Source: Antedon mediterranea | Taxonomy: Eukaryota; Animalia; Echinodermata | Assembly: GCF_964355755.1 (NCBI RefSeq) | Contig: NC_092671.1 | Coordinates: forward strand, 33,924,304-33,988,303 | Reading direction: 5' to 3' | Length of the DNA: 64,000 nucleotides | Part shown: piece after piece, positions 36,570 through 50,180 of the stretch | Layout of the letters: every line of letters starts with the position of its first letter | Position numbering within the stretch: the stretch's first letter is position 1 | Position numbers and translations under genes: made by a program | The notes under the pieces: model-generated | The model's database searches: none | What the model saw: the letters and a program-made list of their open reading frames with translations, nothing else | Told to the model about the DNA's origin: nothing

Positions 36570-39500
36570 ATAAGTAAGTAAGTAATATTTATTGCTTTCC
36601 AAGAACAGTACACATTTATAAAACAGTATAATAAATGAAATAAAAAGAGAAAACATTAAATAATACAAGACTAAACTAGAAAAAAAGAATGGAAAGCAGG
36701 GGATGGCCCTTTAAGCACAGAGGCTTGTTTCCAAAGGGGTCCCCAAAATGAAAAACAATAATACAATAATTATACAAAAATATGGATACATTATTATTAT
36801 ATACAGTATAACAAATTAATTTTAATTAAATGTTTGATTTATGCTGAATTCTGATAATCATTATTATTATAAAAATATCTACTATTATTTACAAAAAAAG
36901 TCAATCATAATGTTAGGTCTATATAATTTGCATTTGTTAATAACAATTTCTTAAGAGTCCTTTTAAAACTATTGTGTGTAAAAATAATTTTTTATTTCTA
37001 TTTGTTAATTTGTTCCACAATGTGATTGCATTAAAAAAGGTCTTACTAACCATACAGTTATTCACTGGAACAATAAAATTACAATCTTTACCTCTAGTAC
37101 CATGGTTATGATTTATCCTATAAATTATTTAACATAAAGACTTGAAAAGTGTTTGTATATATTGTGTGTACGTGTTGTAGAGTCATTTATGTTCGGCCCT
37201 GGTTTTAACATCTAATAAACCAAGAAAAATATAATCGTCTTTGGTGATATGATATGGTTTCCCTAAGATGAATCTAATTAATTTATTTTGTGTTCTTTGA
37301 AGTTTAGTACGGGAATCCGCGGTTGTACCCCAGTACCAGGATGATGTAGCATAATTTATATGGCTTAGAGCCAGGGCTTCCATTACGAGTTTACAAATAC
37401 AGCGATCAAAGTTACTGCAATTCCTATACGCAAATTTAATACGACCATTAACTTTCTTAATAATTGTTGCGACAATTAATTCACTATTCAGCCTGTTGCT
37501 TAGTTCGACACCAAGGTATTTTATAGAGCTGTTCAAAGAAATTGTATGGCCATTGTACAGAACGCTAACATTTGTGTAGTTCTTGAGAGACATCCTGGGA
37601 CCAACAAACATTAGTTCAGTTTTTTCCATGTGAAGTGATAAATTGTTGTCAATTAACTATTTATTACAATTAGACAGATCCCTTGCAAGATTTTCACTGA
37701 TAATATCAGGATCATGATGAGAATTGACAATTGCACTATCGTCAGCATATTGCATTAACAATGATGAGACGGACATAGGCATATCATTGACGTAGATGAG
37801 GAACAGGAGTGGTTCCAGGATGCTCCCTTGTGGCACTCCACATACAATTTCTGAAGGCTCTGAAACAGCCCCACCAATGTTAACTGTTTTATGTCTACAT
37901 TCCAGATATTATTTAAACCAGCTGACAGATTCGATTCCATTTTTTCTGAGTTTCTTACCAAGTAAGTCAGGACTAACGCAGTCAAAAGCTTTTTGGATGT
38001 CAATAAGTAAGATAACAGTAAATTTCCCTTTCGCTGTTTGACTTTTAATTAAGTCTGTCAAGTGAATTAAACAATGATCTGTTGAAAAGGACTGTCTGAA
38101 ACCAGACTGAAAACGATATAAAACTTTGTTCCTTTACAAGAACTCATTTAATTTTGAGTGAACAATCTTTTCTACAATGTTTGACCCCACTGACAGTATA
38201 CCGACATGTCTATAGTTAACAGTTTCAAGATTACATTTTTCTGTAAATTGGTCGAACACGAGCCAATTTCATCTCATTTGGAAAACATTCCGTTTCAAAT
38301 GAGAAATTGATAATCCGTGTTATGGGAGTTGCAATAATTTCGGACGCATCCCTTAAAAAACGTGCGGGTATGCCATCTAGACCTGTACTTTTATTTATAC
38401 CGAGACCCAAGATCTCCTTTTTAACAATATCGTTGTTTACAGGTTGCATGGAAAAATTTTCAGTACCGTCATAGCATTTTTTTTAATTCTCAGAATTTTC
38501 ATCAAATTCGTATGACCTTTGCGGGAGCTTTCTTACCAGATCTGATCCTACGTTTGTAAACAAGGCCAACAGCCATTAAGTCGCGTGCTACATTGCATAG
38601 TGATACCGGACCGAGAGACAGACCGACAGACAGACCGACCGACATAGTGAACTATAGAGTCACGTCCATGCGACTAAAAAGGCATAATTTTGACGAATTT
38701 TTTAACTTTTTCATCCAAAACGTGCGCAAATTATCCAATTCGACGTGCTCATATGACGTAATTTTAAGTCGAAATTGTTTAAGAGTTGGTAAAATTATTA
38801 TAAAAGGCTGCAAAAACATAAATCACGCGAAAAAAGTATGTATTTAACGCTACGTGCCCACCACGCGTATGGGAATTTTTGACATGCTCAAAATGACAAG
38901 AAACGCGTAGAAAGTTGATTAAAAAATAATTTTGCACATTTTAAAATTTTAAATGCGCGTGCGCCCGTAACATTGTGTAAAACACATTTTTTTTCAACAG
39001 AAAGTTAGCGCCTGATATAAATTAAACTTTTGCAAAGTTTCAATTTAAAATGTTATTTGGTTTTTAACCTATGTTAAATACTAGAAAATCGTTAAATCGC
39101 GCGTAAATCCCGTTGCGTAAATCTAACGTCATTCACAATATAGGAGGTGCACAATTTCACGTAAATGCCCACATGTTGACATCAAAACAGTTCAAAAAGT
39201 ACAGAAAAGCGATAAAACGCATAGTGATACCGGACCGACAGACAAACCGACAGACAGACCGACAAACCGACATACAGACAGACCGACAGACCGACAGACA
39301 GACCGACCGACATAGGGAACTATTGAGTCGCGTGCACGCGACTAAAAACGAGTTAAAGTGACTGGTAATAATGTTTGGCTCACTACATAGTTTATCATTT
39401 ATTTAAAGAGTAATCGAAGCAGTTTCATTTTGTTTATTTTGATACCCAAGATCTTTTATAACCTTCCATAACTTTTTAGGGTTATGTCGGTTTGTATTTA

Positions 39501-40590
39501 TCTTATCAATAAAATGAGTCTGCTTTGCTTCTTTTATATTTCTTTGTACCTGATTTCTAAGTTTACAATATTCAGTACGATATAATAAATTACGAGTTCT
39601 TTTGAATTTTTTAAGATAAATATCCCTGGCCTTAATAATTTTGAGTATGTCCAGGTGTCATCCACGGCTGAGAAGAGTGTCTAATTCGGACTTCTTTTAC
39701 AGGAGCAACTTTATCCAAAACATTTGTGAAATTTGCACAAAATGCTTGCCACGAACAAATCAACGGTTTCTGCCTTGTGAACATTGTCCCAATTAGTCTC
39801 TTGAAGAAGACGTATAAACTTTTCTCTATCATAGTTTTTATTTGATCTAATCTTCACCTTTCTATGCGTGTGGTGTTTTTGTCGCTGTTTGTGACGAGTG
39901 GCATATAATATATATAGGAAAGTGATCACTAAAGCCTATAGATAGCACTCCGAATTTGTTTAGTTTGTCCGAAGAGTTGGTGAGTATGATCAAGACAAGA
40001 TTCGCAGGAATCACAGATAAGTGTGGGTTCGCTCATAATTTGAGACATTCCGCTGATGTGCAGAGTCTGTTGGAATTTGATATAGTTGCTATCCTTTTTC
40101 AAGCTACACATATTTGTATCTCCGAAAATGTAGATCTGAGTTTCTCGGTAGTTGTTCCATAATGTAATCCATTCCATCAATAAATTCACCATGACGTTGT
40201 TTTGGTGGCCGATAACAGACTCCAACGATAATAGGCCTTGTTCTTGGGATATGTACTTCAGGCCATAGTGCCTCAATGTTGACATTGCCACAGTCAGATC
40301 GCATAGTAATGGCCAGGGTAGACTTGAAGTACAGACATACTTCACCACCTGCTCTGGCACGATCTCGACGATATAGTTGGAAGTCTGGAATGTGTATTTT
40401 ATTATCGGTAATTGAACTGTCAAGGTGCGTTTTAGTGACCGCAATGACTGCGACTTTGGTTCCACCAACAAGTGTTCTAAGTTCAGATATTTTGGGTAGT
40501 AGAGACCGCGCATTAACATGAAGAAAATGCATGCCTTTTCCTTTCAGTGCTATCATTTGTATCAGAAGAGATACTAAAGAATGAATCATT
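36570..40590 (-). mobile_element. Decayed L2/CR1-group LINE (APE + RT)
   Basis: FLHVNARSLLPKI, VGVCYRPP, KSTGLDGIPARFLRDA, frameshifted PQGS, QYADD and KYLGVEL; tail near 36570. Confidence 0.9.
38559..39348 (-). mobile_element. Helentron-associated (HINE/DINE-1-like) element, tandem of two units
   Basis: TTTTTAGTCGCGTGC start and CCTTGTT end on the minus strand, subTIR AGTCGCGTGC and (GACA/GACC)n microsatellites; inserted in a T run of the LINE. Confidence 0.75.
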
Positions 40591-40807
40591 CAGTTTTGGG
40601 AGTGCACAAAGATGGCGGTGCAGCACCAGTCAGAATACCTATTTTTTGGAAGAATGTTCTAAACCTATGAGTATTAATGTAGACACAACTATCATGGAAA
40701 TTCCTAGAACAATTAAAGCATTTAAGCTGTTGTCCTTACTAAGGATATATCTGTAAGTATGGAGATAGAAAGTACTAAAAAAGCTAAGACATTTTCTGAT
40801 AGTATAG

Positions 40808-41243
40808 TGTAATAAATTACCATTCCTACCAGATACAGTAACTTATTATCTACAAAAACATTCTAGAATAAGATGTTTTGATTTAAGAAACCATGTATAA
40901 TTAATAAGAACAATCAAGAACATTCCTGAAGTGCTATTAATAGAAACTGTAATCATGTAATAATGCGAAGTATAAAGAATGATCTAGAAGGATAGGAGCA
41001 TCTTGTATATAAAGGGATGTAAACAATTGTATGGTTGTTGGATATTATATTGTAAAAGTTATTGTGAAGCTGTTGTTTAAAGTGCTTACTGGATTGTTGA
41101 AAGTTGAAGTTGATTGAAATTAAAGCTTTGTTTTTGAGTTAATTTACAACTTTGTGGATTTTGTGTGTTTACTCTTATGTCACAAGGGAGTTCCTAAAGT
41201 ATTTTCAACCGCTCGGAAACATACGTAAAAGGAGTTCGTGACA
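40808..41243 (+). mobile_element. Solo LTR (Gypsy-like)
   Basis: TGT...ACA ends, 4-bp TSD ATAG, TATATAAAGG box at ~41007 and ATTAAA signal at ~41119. Confidence 0.8.
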
Positions 41244-44200
41244 ATAGACCTAGAAGATTGACTGTGAAGCCAACTTGCACGGATGAACGAATTATAATAA
41301 ATATATTGATTTATATATCGTTGTTATTGGCTCATAACATTTTTTAAGTAATGAAGTTCATTTTAAAAGATACTTACAATCACCTGACATCATTTTAACG
41401 ATTGTATTAATGCTTTTTATAGCTTAACTTTTTCACCAAAACAAACATAAGTAGAATTTTAAACTTAGGTCTCATTATTATATGGAAAGCAATTTAAGTA
41501 ATAGCATATAACTTTGAACAATAAATAATAATAACAATAATATTCGTCCTTATAGCACTTGTTGCATAATGCCTGTTGAGACTTGACGACCAACAATCAA
41601 TAAGAATACTGGAACCAATAAAATAATAACAATAATAATAGTAATGATAACGATAACGACCATAACAGTAACGGTTAATGTTATTTCCAATTGAAGAACA
41701 GTTACTTATAAGGCCAAGAGCGCGTAACATATGATTTCACCCCATTTCACCCAGACGGTGTGACCCCTTAATGTTGTTAATACCACCGAAAACGTTCCAA
41801 AAAAGTTTGTCAGCCTGACCTCAGTCTAGTCTTCCGACCCCCTTGAAAACCCCCAAAAAACGGGTCATTTCACCTCATGGACCAAAAATCAGTACAAACA
41901 TTGTAGTGTATCAGTAGATAACAACAAAACAAAAACCAAATGCCGAAAAATGCTCTCATGAAATATCTTGAGTCACAAGTAAAAAAACCCCTTCAACATC
42001 AATCAATACAACAATTATTGATGTGTCATTTTCTACATTTGCAGACAAACTCTGCTCTTCTATCTAGTTTCGAAGCAGTAGCTTGCTTTTTTATTCACTT
42101 ATTTTCGAAATGGCGATATTATTGATGTTGTCACTGACAAATGGTTGTCGCCTTCAATCAAAGACTGTGAAAGGGATTTCAGGTCGTCATCGTCTGCTGC
42201 ATACCGATTGCTGGTCCTTATCAGAAACGTCTAAGTAACTGGATACAAGCTCTTAGAAAAGATATTTTAAAACGGTCATTTGTTGAATTCCTTAACACAA
42301 TAGCTGGGAAGATGACAACTTAGCACACACATTTCATCTAAAACTATATATGCTAACTCTGGGGATGTTTGCTATTGTTATAGAGTAGTTGAGTGGTAAG
42401 ACGTGTAGAAAATGAACTATGTAGTAATCATGAAGAAGCTGAAGAAGTTTTACCATCTTGCAAACACGCCAGCTCCAAACAATGTTAGTATCCGTCTAAG
42501 TTGCTATAAATACTTTGATCATTCATTGAAGATATGGATTGAAATTGGATTACAAAGCAACAACACACAGAGGTACATTATTGCAAACCAGTTACATGGC
42601 GCCCTTGGTGAGCATTTATGCAAGTCCCTTCCAGCTTATCTTGCCTTGTTACTGTTTAGTTGTGATTATACTTCATTGTTCAAGAGAAAGGGAAAAGAAA
42701 GCTATGAAAAACCATAAAGCACGATCATCTTTCATACAACTTTTGAACATGAGACGCAAGTTTGTCAAAGCGCTATTGCTGAAGTAGAAAAGTGTGTGTG
42801 TCAGATGTATTTAATACATAAATTATAAACAGTCGATGAAGTGCGACTACAAATGTTCCTGAATAAGTATAAGCCAAAGCAGCAAGGAGGCGAACGGGTA
42901 TCGTGTGTTAAAAGCCATGCCACCGTGTTCACCGTGTTATCTTAAAGAAGATTAAACGTTCATATTGTGTTGCCAGAAGATGAATATCTGCTACACAATA
43001 CAAGCAACCAGAAATGTTGCCAACTTAATTTGACTGGAAATTGGACGGTGGATACAGACTGGAATGGTTTGAAGGAGATGCTTCTCCTACTTCGATATAT
43101 ATTGTATGCAGATGAAGAAGGAAAACAATGTCAATTTCTATACAGTTTCCTATTAATATCATGATATGAATACAATTATAATTGTATAGTAATTTATAAA
43201 GTTATACCTTTTATTAAATATTTTATTTTACGAATAGTAAAAGCAGCGATGATGATATTATTGGAACTGTAAGCTAGCAATATAGTTATATCTCTGTTCA
43301 ATTTCCTTAATTAAGTATTATGAGTATTATTCATTTCTTAATCTTGCATAACATTGGTTATACTGTAGACAGTTATTGTGTTACTTAATTGCTAATATAG
43401 CCTACACAACTACCTCTACACCACCAAACTTAATATATAGTTCAACAAATCATTATCAGACCTCTGTATCATAATAATTGTTTGATTTCCATCTATGTAG
43501 GTATTGCAATCTTAAAATAATAAGATTGAAGTTATTATACTATAACAAAGTAACATCAATAACATTGAGAGTAAAAAAACCTTCAATCAATAACCGATAC
43601 TATTTTATTTGATTTGCATAAAGGAGTGGACAAGAGCATACACATAGTAGTAATTACAAAATAGGGAGTTTTCGCAATCTTACGAATACGATAACGAACA
43701 CGGATACGTCACGCACACGTATTCGTTTTTCGTAAGCCAGGAAAAATCTGTTTCGCATGGCAACGATCTACCCATCGTAATGCAAGAAGAAAAAAAACGC
43801 CTGATACCAATCCGCAATAAACTGGCTGCTAACGCAAGGCAAACAAACATTAAAATTACTGGAACCAAAATAAAGCTGATGGTTGATGAAGTTGAATGGA
43901 ACAAATAGACAATCAAGCTGTAACAATGTTATGAACACCTTTGTATTTCCTTTTTACTTTAATTGAAGATGGTTTAATCTAACATTAGGCCTATATTTAT
44001 AATTGACTGAATTACAATTATACTTTTGATGGTGATTTTTTAAATGCTTATCTCTGAACACTGTGTACCTATTCATTACTTAATCCACATACGTTGTAAT
44101 AAATGTTATTTGTTTTTGTGTTTGTTGCACATTGCATTGGCCTATGATTAATTGTAATACATGTTTTAAACAAATTCATAGCCAGCAGGACAAAACTCTC

Positions 44201-45219
44201 TGTTCACTGTGTAAAATGTACTATCATAATAGATGTATTTATCCGAACCTTGATATAAAAGAAAAGTGGGTTTGCTTTAATTGTACTAGAGTAAGTTAAA
44301 AATTATCATTTTATGGTCAAAAAGAAATATAATATCTAATTTTCTCCTTTATATAAATATATTATTTTATCCAAGGGGTTGCAAACACAAGTGTTCACAT
44401 GTCTTGTTATGCATTGCACCTTTGCAATTTGCACCTTTATGTTGTCTGTAATGTCACTGCACTAACGGGTGACCGGCTAACGAGCTTCGCTCTTACGGTT
44501 ATCCATCCATATAAGTTGTTTATCTTATGTTCATACATTGAAATGGAGGTGCTTGGCTGCCTAGGCCAAGCGTAACATCAAAAAGCGTGTGAGGACTTTA
44601 AAAACTGCTATTTATCAAAATTGACCTGGCATTTTAGTAAATTTCTTTAAGTAAATTACTTTAAATAAAAGTATAATTATATTATAATCATGAATCATTC
44701 CTGATTAAAATGCAAAATGTGCAAATAGATCCAAAACTATACTCGTTTTGTAGTTACGAATATGACTGGTGATATTCGTCAACACGAATACGCTTTACGG
44801 ATATGAAATGGGGATCAGTTCAAAAGTTTCACAAATGTGTGACGTATCCGTTTTCATTATCGTATTCGTAAGGTTGCGAAACTCCCTGATGTCACGAATA
44901 CGATAACGAAAACGGATACGTCACGCACACGTATTCGTTTTCGTAAGCCATTAAAAATCTGTTCCGAATGGCAACGAAATATTGAGGGCGCCGTCCAAGA
45001 TATGACTGCGGTAAATTTGAACGAAGTGCATGTACATGTTTCTTGGCTGCCTAGGCCTAGGGTAACATCAAAGCTAGTGGGGACTTTAAAAACTGTTGTT
45101 TATCAACATTTACCTTTTTAGTAAATTACTTTTAGTAAATTACTTTCAATGAATCTATAATTATATTATAATCATGAATAATTCCTGATTCAAATGCAAA
45201 ATGTTTAAAAAAAAAAAGT

Positions 45220-48200
45220 TTATGAAGCATGATGTGTACTATCCACCAACAAATTGCTGCACTAATCATGTTTTTGAAGACAATTCATGTGAGTTTCTGT
45301 CTAGGCTGTATAAATGGTGGCTTAATGTTTCATTGCACAACAAAGGCCCAGGGACCAGAGGTGAGCTTTCACCACCATAATCTAAGTTCAACAATAACCG
45401 TGTGAAGTACAGGCCTAGCCCTATGCTGTTTAGTGGGATTGGATCAGTTTTGCCTGTAAAAGTACAATGTACCATGAAGGTATGGCAATCGGTCGTAAAC
45501 GCTTTATTGTGCAATATTACAGTAATTATATTAAGGCATTCAATGTGAAATCACTTGTGGAATGTGGTGACATTGAAATTAACCCGGGACCACCTGATCA
45601 GCATAGCCATAGTACAGGTACCCGTAATGATTCAACTTTTAGTAATCCCAGCAAATCATTATCCATCTACTATCAGAATGTAAAAAGTCTGAAAAATAAA
45701 ATGGAAACCTTCCACGCCGAATTGTATAGCCATACTTTACTAAGATATGTTGACATCATTGGTCTAACAGAGACATGGCTCAACAATAATGTTCTGGACG
45801 CGGAGGTTACACTTGCAGTTTTTAACGATATTTAGAAGAGATCATGCAAATGGAAAACGTGGTGGAGGTGTTTTGCCTCTGGTTATGAATGTGTATCAAT
45901 CCATGTGAGTGTTTGAGCTTGAAGACGACCAGCAGAAACTCATGGTAAGAATGTGATAATTGGTGTTTACTATAGACCACCATCTGAAGATTTCAACTCG
46001 ATTGTTAACATCTCTAAAGCCATTGAATACATGCAATACAAGTTTGACTCTCGTACACATGATGTTATTCTCCTCGGAGACTTTAACTTACCTGAAGTTA
46101 TATGGAATAAGGATGTTGTACAATGTCATGCATCTAACAATTCCAAAGGTCAACTTATTATTGACACTTTTTTTGAATTCTTGTCATTTGTTTCAATGCA
46201 ATTTTTTCCTACTTGTTCTAATCATGTTCTTGATCTTGCTTTATCAAACAATAATTTGTGCAATAATTATAACAACAAGCCTTAATATATTTGATTCTGA
46301 TCTTAGTTCTTCACGTTTCGATATCCCCATTTTAAACAATCAGAATCATAGAAATATTTTTAATAGTTCGAGAATAATGTACAACTTTAAAAAACTAAAT
46401 GTGAATGATTTCAACACAACTCTTTCCTATGTTCCTTGGGATATTCCTACTTTTGCTTTAGATGTGAATGATGCTACCAACATGTTTTATTCGTTCGTTG
46501 AAGGTTTCATTAAAGACCTTGTTCTAGTAAGTTGCCCCAAGCGTAAATTTCCCACATGGTATAATCATGAACTTTACACTATGCTCAAAGCAAAACAGAG
46601 TTATTTTAGAATTTAAAAAAAGGGAAATAGGCTTGATATAGAGAATTTTAGGATGGCAAGAAGTAATTTTACACGGGTGGAGAGTGAAAGGGAACTTAAG
46701 ACAATTGACCCTCACAAGGCCTCTGGCCCAGATGGTTTAAGTAGTAACACTCTTGTGGTCACCGGGGCATCCTCGCTTTCACTTCCATGTAAAATGATTT
46801 TTGATCGTTTACTTGTGGAGGGAACTTTTCCTGATATATGGAAAACGGCCAACATCTGCCCAATATTCAAAGGAGGTGCTCGGAATAATATCAAGAACTA
46901 CAGACAAGTTTCACTCCTTTGTATTATTTCCAAAGTATTTGAGAGAATGATTTATAATTATATATCTCAGAATGTTTCTTCCTTTTTGAGTGAGTCTCAA
47001 CACGGCTTTACTCTGGGGAGATTATGCCAAACTAATATGGCTACTTTATTAAGCACAGCGTATTCTTCTATAGACAACAAACAACAATGTGATGTTCTTT
47101 ATACAGATTTCACACGTGCTTTTGACGGGGTGTGACATACTTTCCTTCTCTACAAGTTGAATAGATTGGTATCATTAGCAAACTACACCAGCTACTATTA
47201 TCTTACGTGAGTGGAAGGCAGCAGAGAGTTCTTGTTGAAGGTCAATTGTCAAATTGGTTTTACCACAATTCCTACATTTTCATACAAGTTTCTTTTATTT
47301 GCGGATGATATTCAATTATATCGTATTATTTCTTCTAATGACAATGCAGTATTACTGGAGGTGGATTTGGATGATCTAGTTCAGTGGTCTAATTCTTGGG
47401 GTATGAAACTCAATGCCTCCAAATGTAAGTCAATGACTATTACTCTTAAATCAAAATCCATTTCGTTTATTTATCAAATTAATAATCAGAACTTGGACAA
47501 ATTCCAATACCATAAGTATCTGGGAATATTCTTTGATTTCATACTTTTATTTTCTAAGCAGATTGACCACATTGTTAGTAAGAGTAATATAAAGGTTGGC
47601 TTAATTTGGAGGCACTGTAGGGAATTAGCTACACCAAACGCCTTGTAAATTTGTCAAAACACTTGTTAGACCTAATTTAGAATTATCTTCTGTTATTTTT
47701 AATTCAATTTCTGATATTCATGCCACAAGGCTTCAACGTGTTCAAAATAGGTTTGTTAGGTTTCTTTGTAAACGTTTTGATGTTGATAATTGTCTCGAGC
47801 CTCTTCAGTTTAGAAGAAGTGTGTCTGTTTCTTTATAAGAGTGTTAATTGTCTGTTTAGTTGCGACTTTTCAGTTTACATGCTCCTTCTCGTAAAACCAG
47901 AGTCAAGTCCACTTTGTATGTTCCGTTTAATAGAGTATGTTACAGCAGAGTGCATGTATTTATTTTATATTACTTTAGTTCCTATTATTCTAGAAGATTC
48001 TGCCCTATGAATATTAATTTATTCTGTTACTTTCTTATTTGCCTTCTCATTTACATATTATTTGCCAAGTGTGCACAGTGTGCTGTTTCTCCTTTGTTTT
48101 CCTTTGTCCTGATTTTCTTTTGTTCTGATCAGTTGTTGTTTGCCTGTGCAAGGGTACATGTCTGTGCAAGTGCATAAGCAGCCATTATTTTTCTTTTACC

Positions 48201-50180
48201 AGCGCCAGCTCTGCAGTTTATTATTAGGTTATATGCATTATCATGCATATAACCTCTTGATTCTGTCAAAATCTTCATTTATTTATTTATTTATTTATTC
48301 TTTCCTTAGCACTATTTTTTCCGTGAATTATCTTGTTATCAGTTTCATCTAGCTAAGTAAATTTTTCAGAGTATATTCCTTATGGCCAGGAATCGTGGTT
48401 ATGTTTTTACGGTGCGCAATCAATCAGTACGCGGTCTACGCGCGATTTAACAAAATCACGTTTGTAATCATATCTTCACAAGCATGAATCACAATTAAAC
48501 AAAATTTGGTACTCATAAATGTCAGGTCATATTTCATCATATGGCAATACAATTACGTGCGTAGCACATATAACGCTTGCGTACGCGCACTTAAAATGTT
48601 CAAAATTGTCAAAATTTATTTTCGATGAAATTAGAGTACGTTTCAGGCAATTTTAGGCGTTTAAAAAATTGCCATGAGTGCGCCGATTTTTGTACGCGCA
48701 CTGCGCGTCAAACGTTAGTACGCACTTTTTTTGCCCGATTTCTGTTTTACAGTCTTTCTTTAATAATATCATTATATTTGATTCACTTTTCAACTTGAAA
48801 TTGCATTATACGAGCACGTCTAAAGTGACAGGCTACGCACGTATAAGTTTACAAAATGGTGAAAATATGCTAAATTTTAAAATTAATATATATCGTCAGA
48901 ATGCTGGGGAACACCTATTTTTCATTTCACTTTCTTGAAGTGTATGTATCATATGTATGATTTATTATCAAATTAAGAGAACAAAAGTTGATTAAGTCTT
49001 CATTAATTGCATATTAAATTTAAAAAAAATAATTTCGACAATCAAACAAATTATGACATTTTCTTAGGCCAAAATAACAAACTTAACATTAACTTTCTTC
49101 CTTCAAAAGTTCATATATTAAAGTTAAAAGTATATAGTTTGACAGTGCATCATTTGTTTATATTTTAAAGATGTCATCATAGTAAAAAATTATAATTCAT
49201 TTCGGTATGTAATAATCTATTTGCACAAAAATTGTTACTGTATAGTAAATACACGGAGGAATTTTTCTACAACTTTTAGTCAGTTGTGTATGGCTCGATG
49301 GTCTGTGCTCGTGTCTATGGCATTCAAGGTACCGAGATCGAGTCTCACCTTAGGAAACGAAATAAGATTTTTTTTTATTATCCGTATTGTTTGTTCAAAT
49401 TTATTTCTTAGTGTATAGATTATACACATTATTTATAATGAAATCTAGATAAAAATTAACTTATGTCTTTATTATTATGTAACAACAATGTGGTTTATGA
49501 CATTATACGCATATGGATCTTTGACCGGATTGTGATACCGGCTATGGTGTTCGCGTTAGCAAGGTCCTATCATATATTATAAATAATTAAAGATTCTGAG
49601 AAAATCAATCAATCAATATATCTTTTAAAAATCAATTATCTTTATTTAAATCAATGCATATAACCTATAATTCGTCATAGTGACGAATTAAATCTAGTTT
49701 ACCACTTTATTACTATTGGATATTTCTGGGATTTTACTTTGTTTTAGAATTACTTTGCAAATGTTGACATTATTGTGGATGGTGCATATTAAAGGAAGTA
49801 CTTTAAACATTAATTTTACTCTTTTAATTTCTGTATGTTGCGAGAGCTCCGTACATTAAAACAAGAAATCAACAACAGCTGACCTAATTGGTAGATCAAA
49901 TAAAAGAGTAAATGTCACGAAAATTGGGTTTCCAACACACTTGCCTTCCTTGTACAACTATTTAAGTGAGTCAAATGTAAATGTTGATATTTTTCTTCAT
50001 TTAAGACTCATTGTATTCTTTTTTTAAATAATCATGCTCAATAGGCTATTTTTTCTATTGCCTTATTTATTTAAGTTTTCTTCATATAGAGTAATTATTG
50101 TATCTGTTTTATGTTTCAAACCTTTAAGTGGCAACTTTCGTTGCTGTTGGTTTTGAAGAAATAAAATAAAATAAAATAAA
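45220..50180 (+). mobile_element. Decayed CR1-group LINE with a 2A-like peptide
   Basis: GDIEINPGP, IYYQNVKSL, IGLTETWL, GVYYRPP, LGDFNLP, KASGPDG, QHGF, YTDFTRAFD and FADD; (TAAAA)n tail at 50160-50180. Confidence 0.88.
48340..49700 (+). mobile_element. Helentron/HINE-like element in the CR1 3' region
   Basis: 3' hairpin AATTCGTCATAGTGACGAATT followed by CTAGTT; internal tRNA-like segment at 49280-49352. The 5' boundary is approximate. Confidence 0.5.

Noticed and set aside
49280-49352. Functional tRNA gene
   Set aside because: Only A/B-box-like remnants with poor stems, inside a repeat element.
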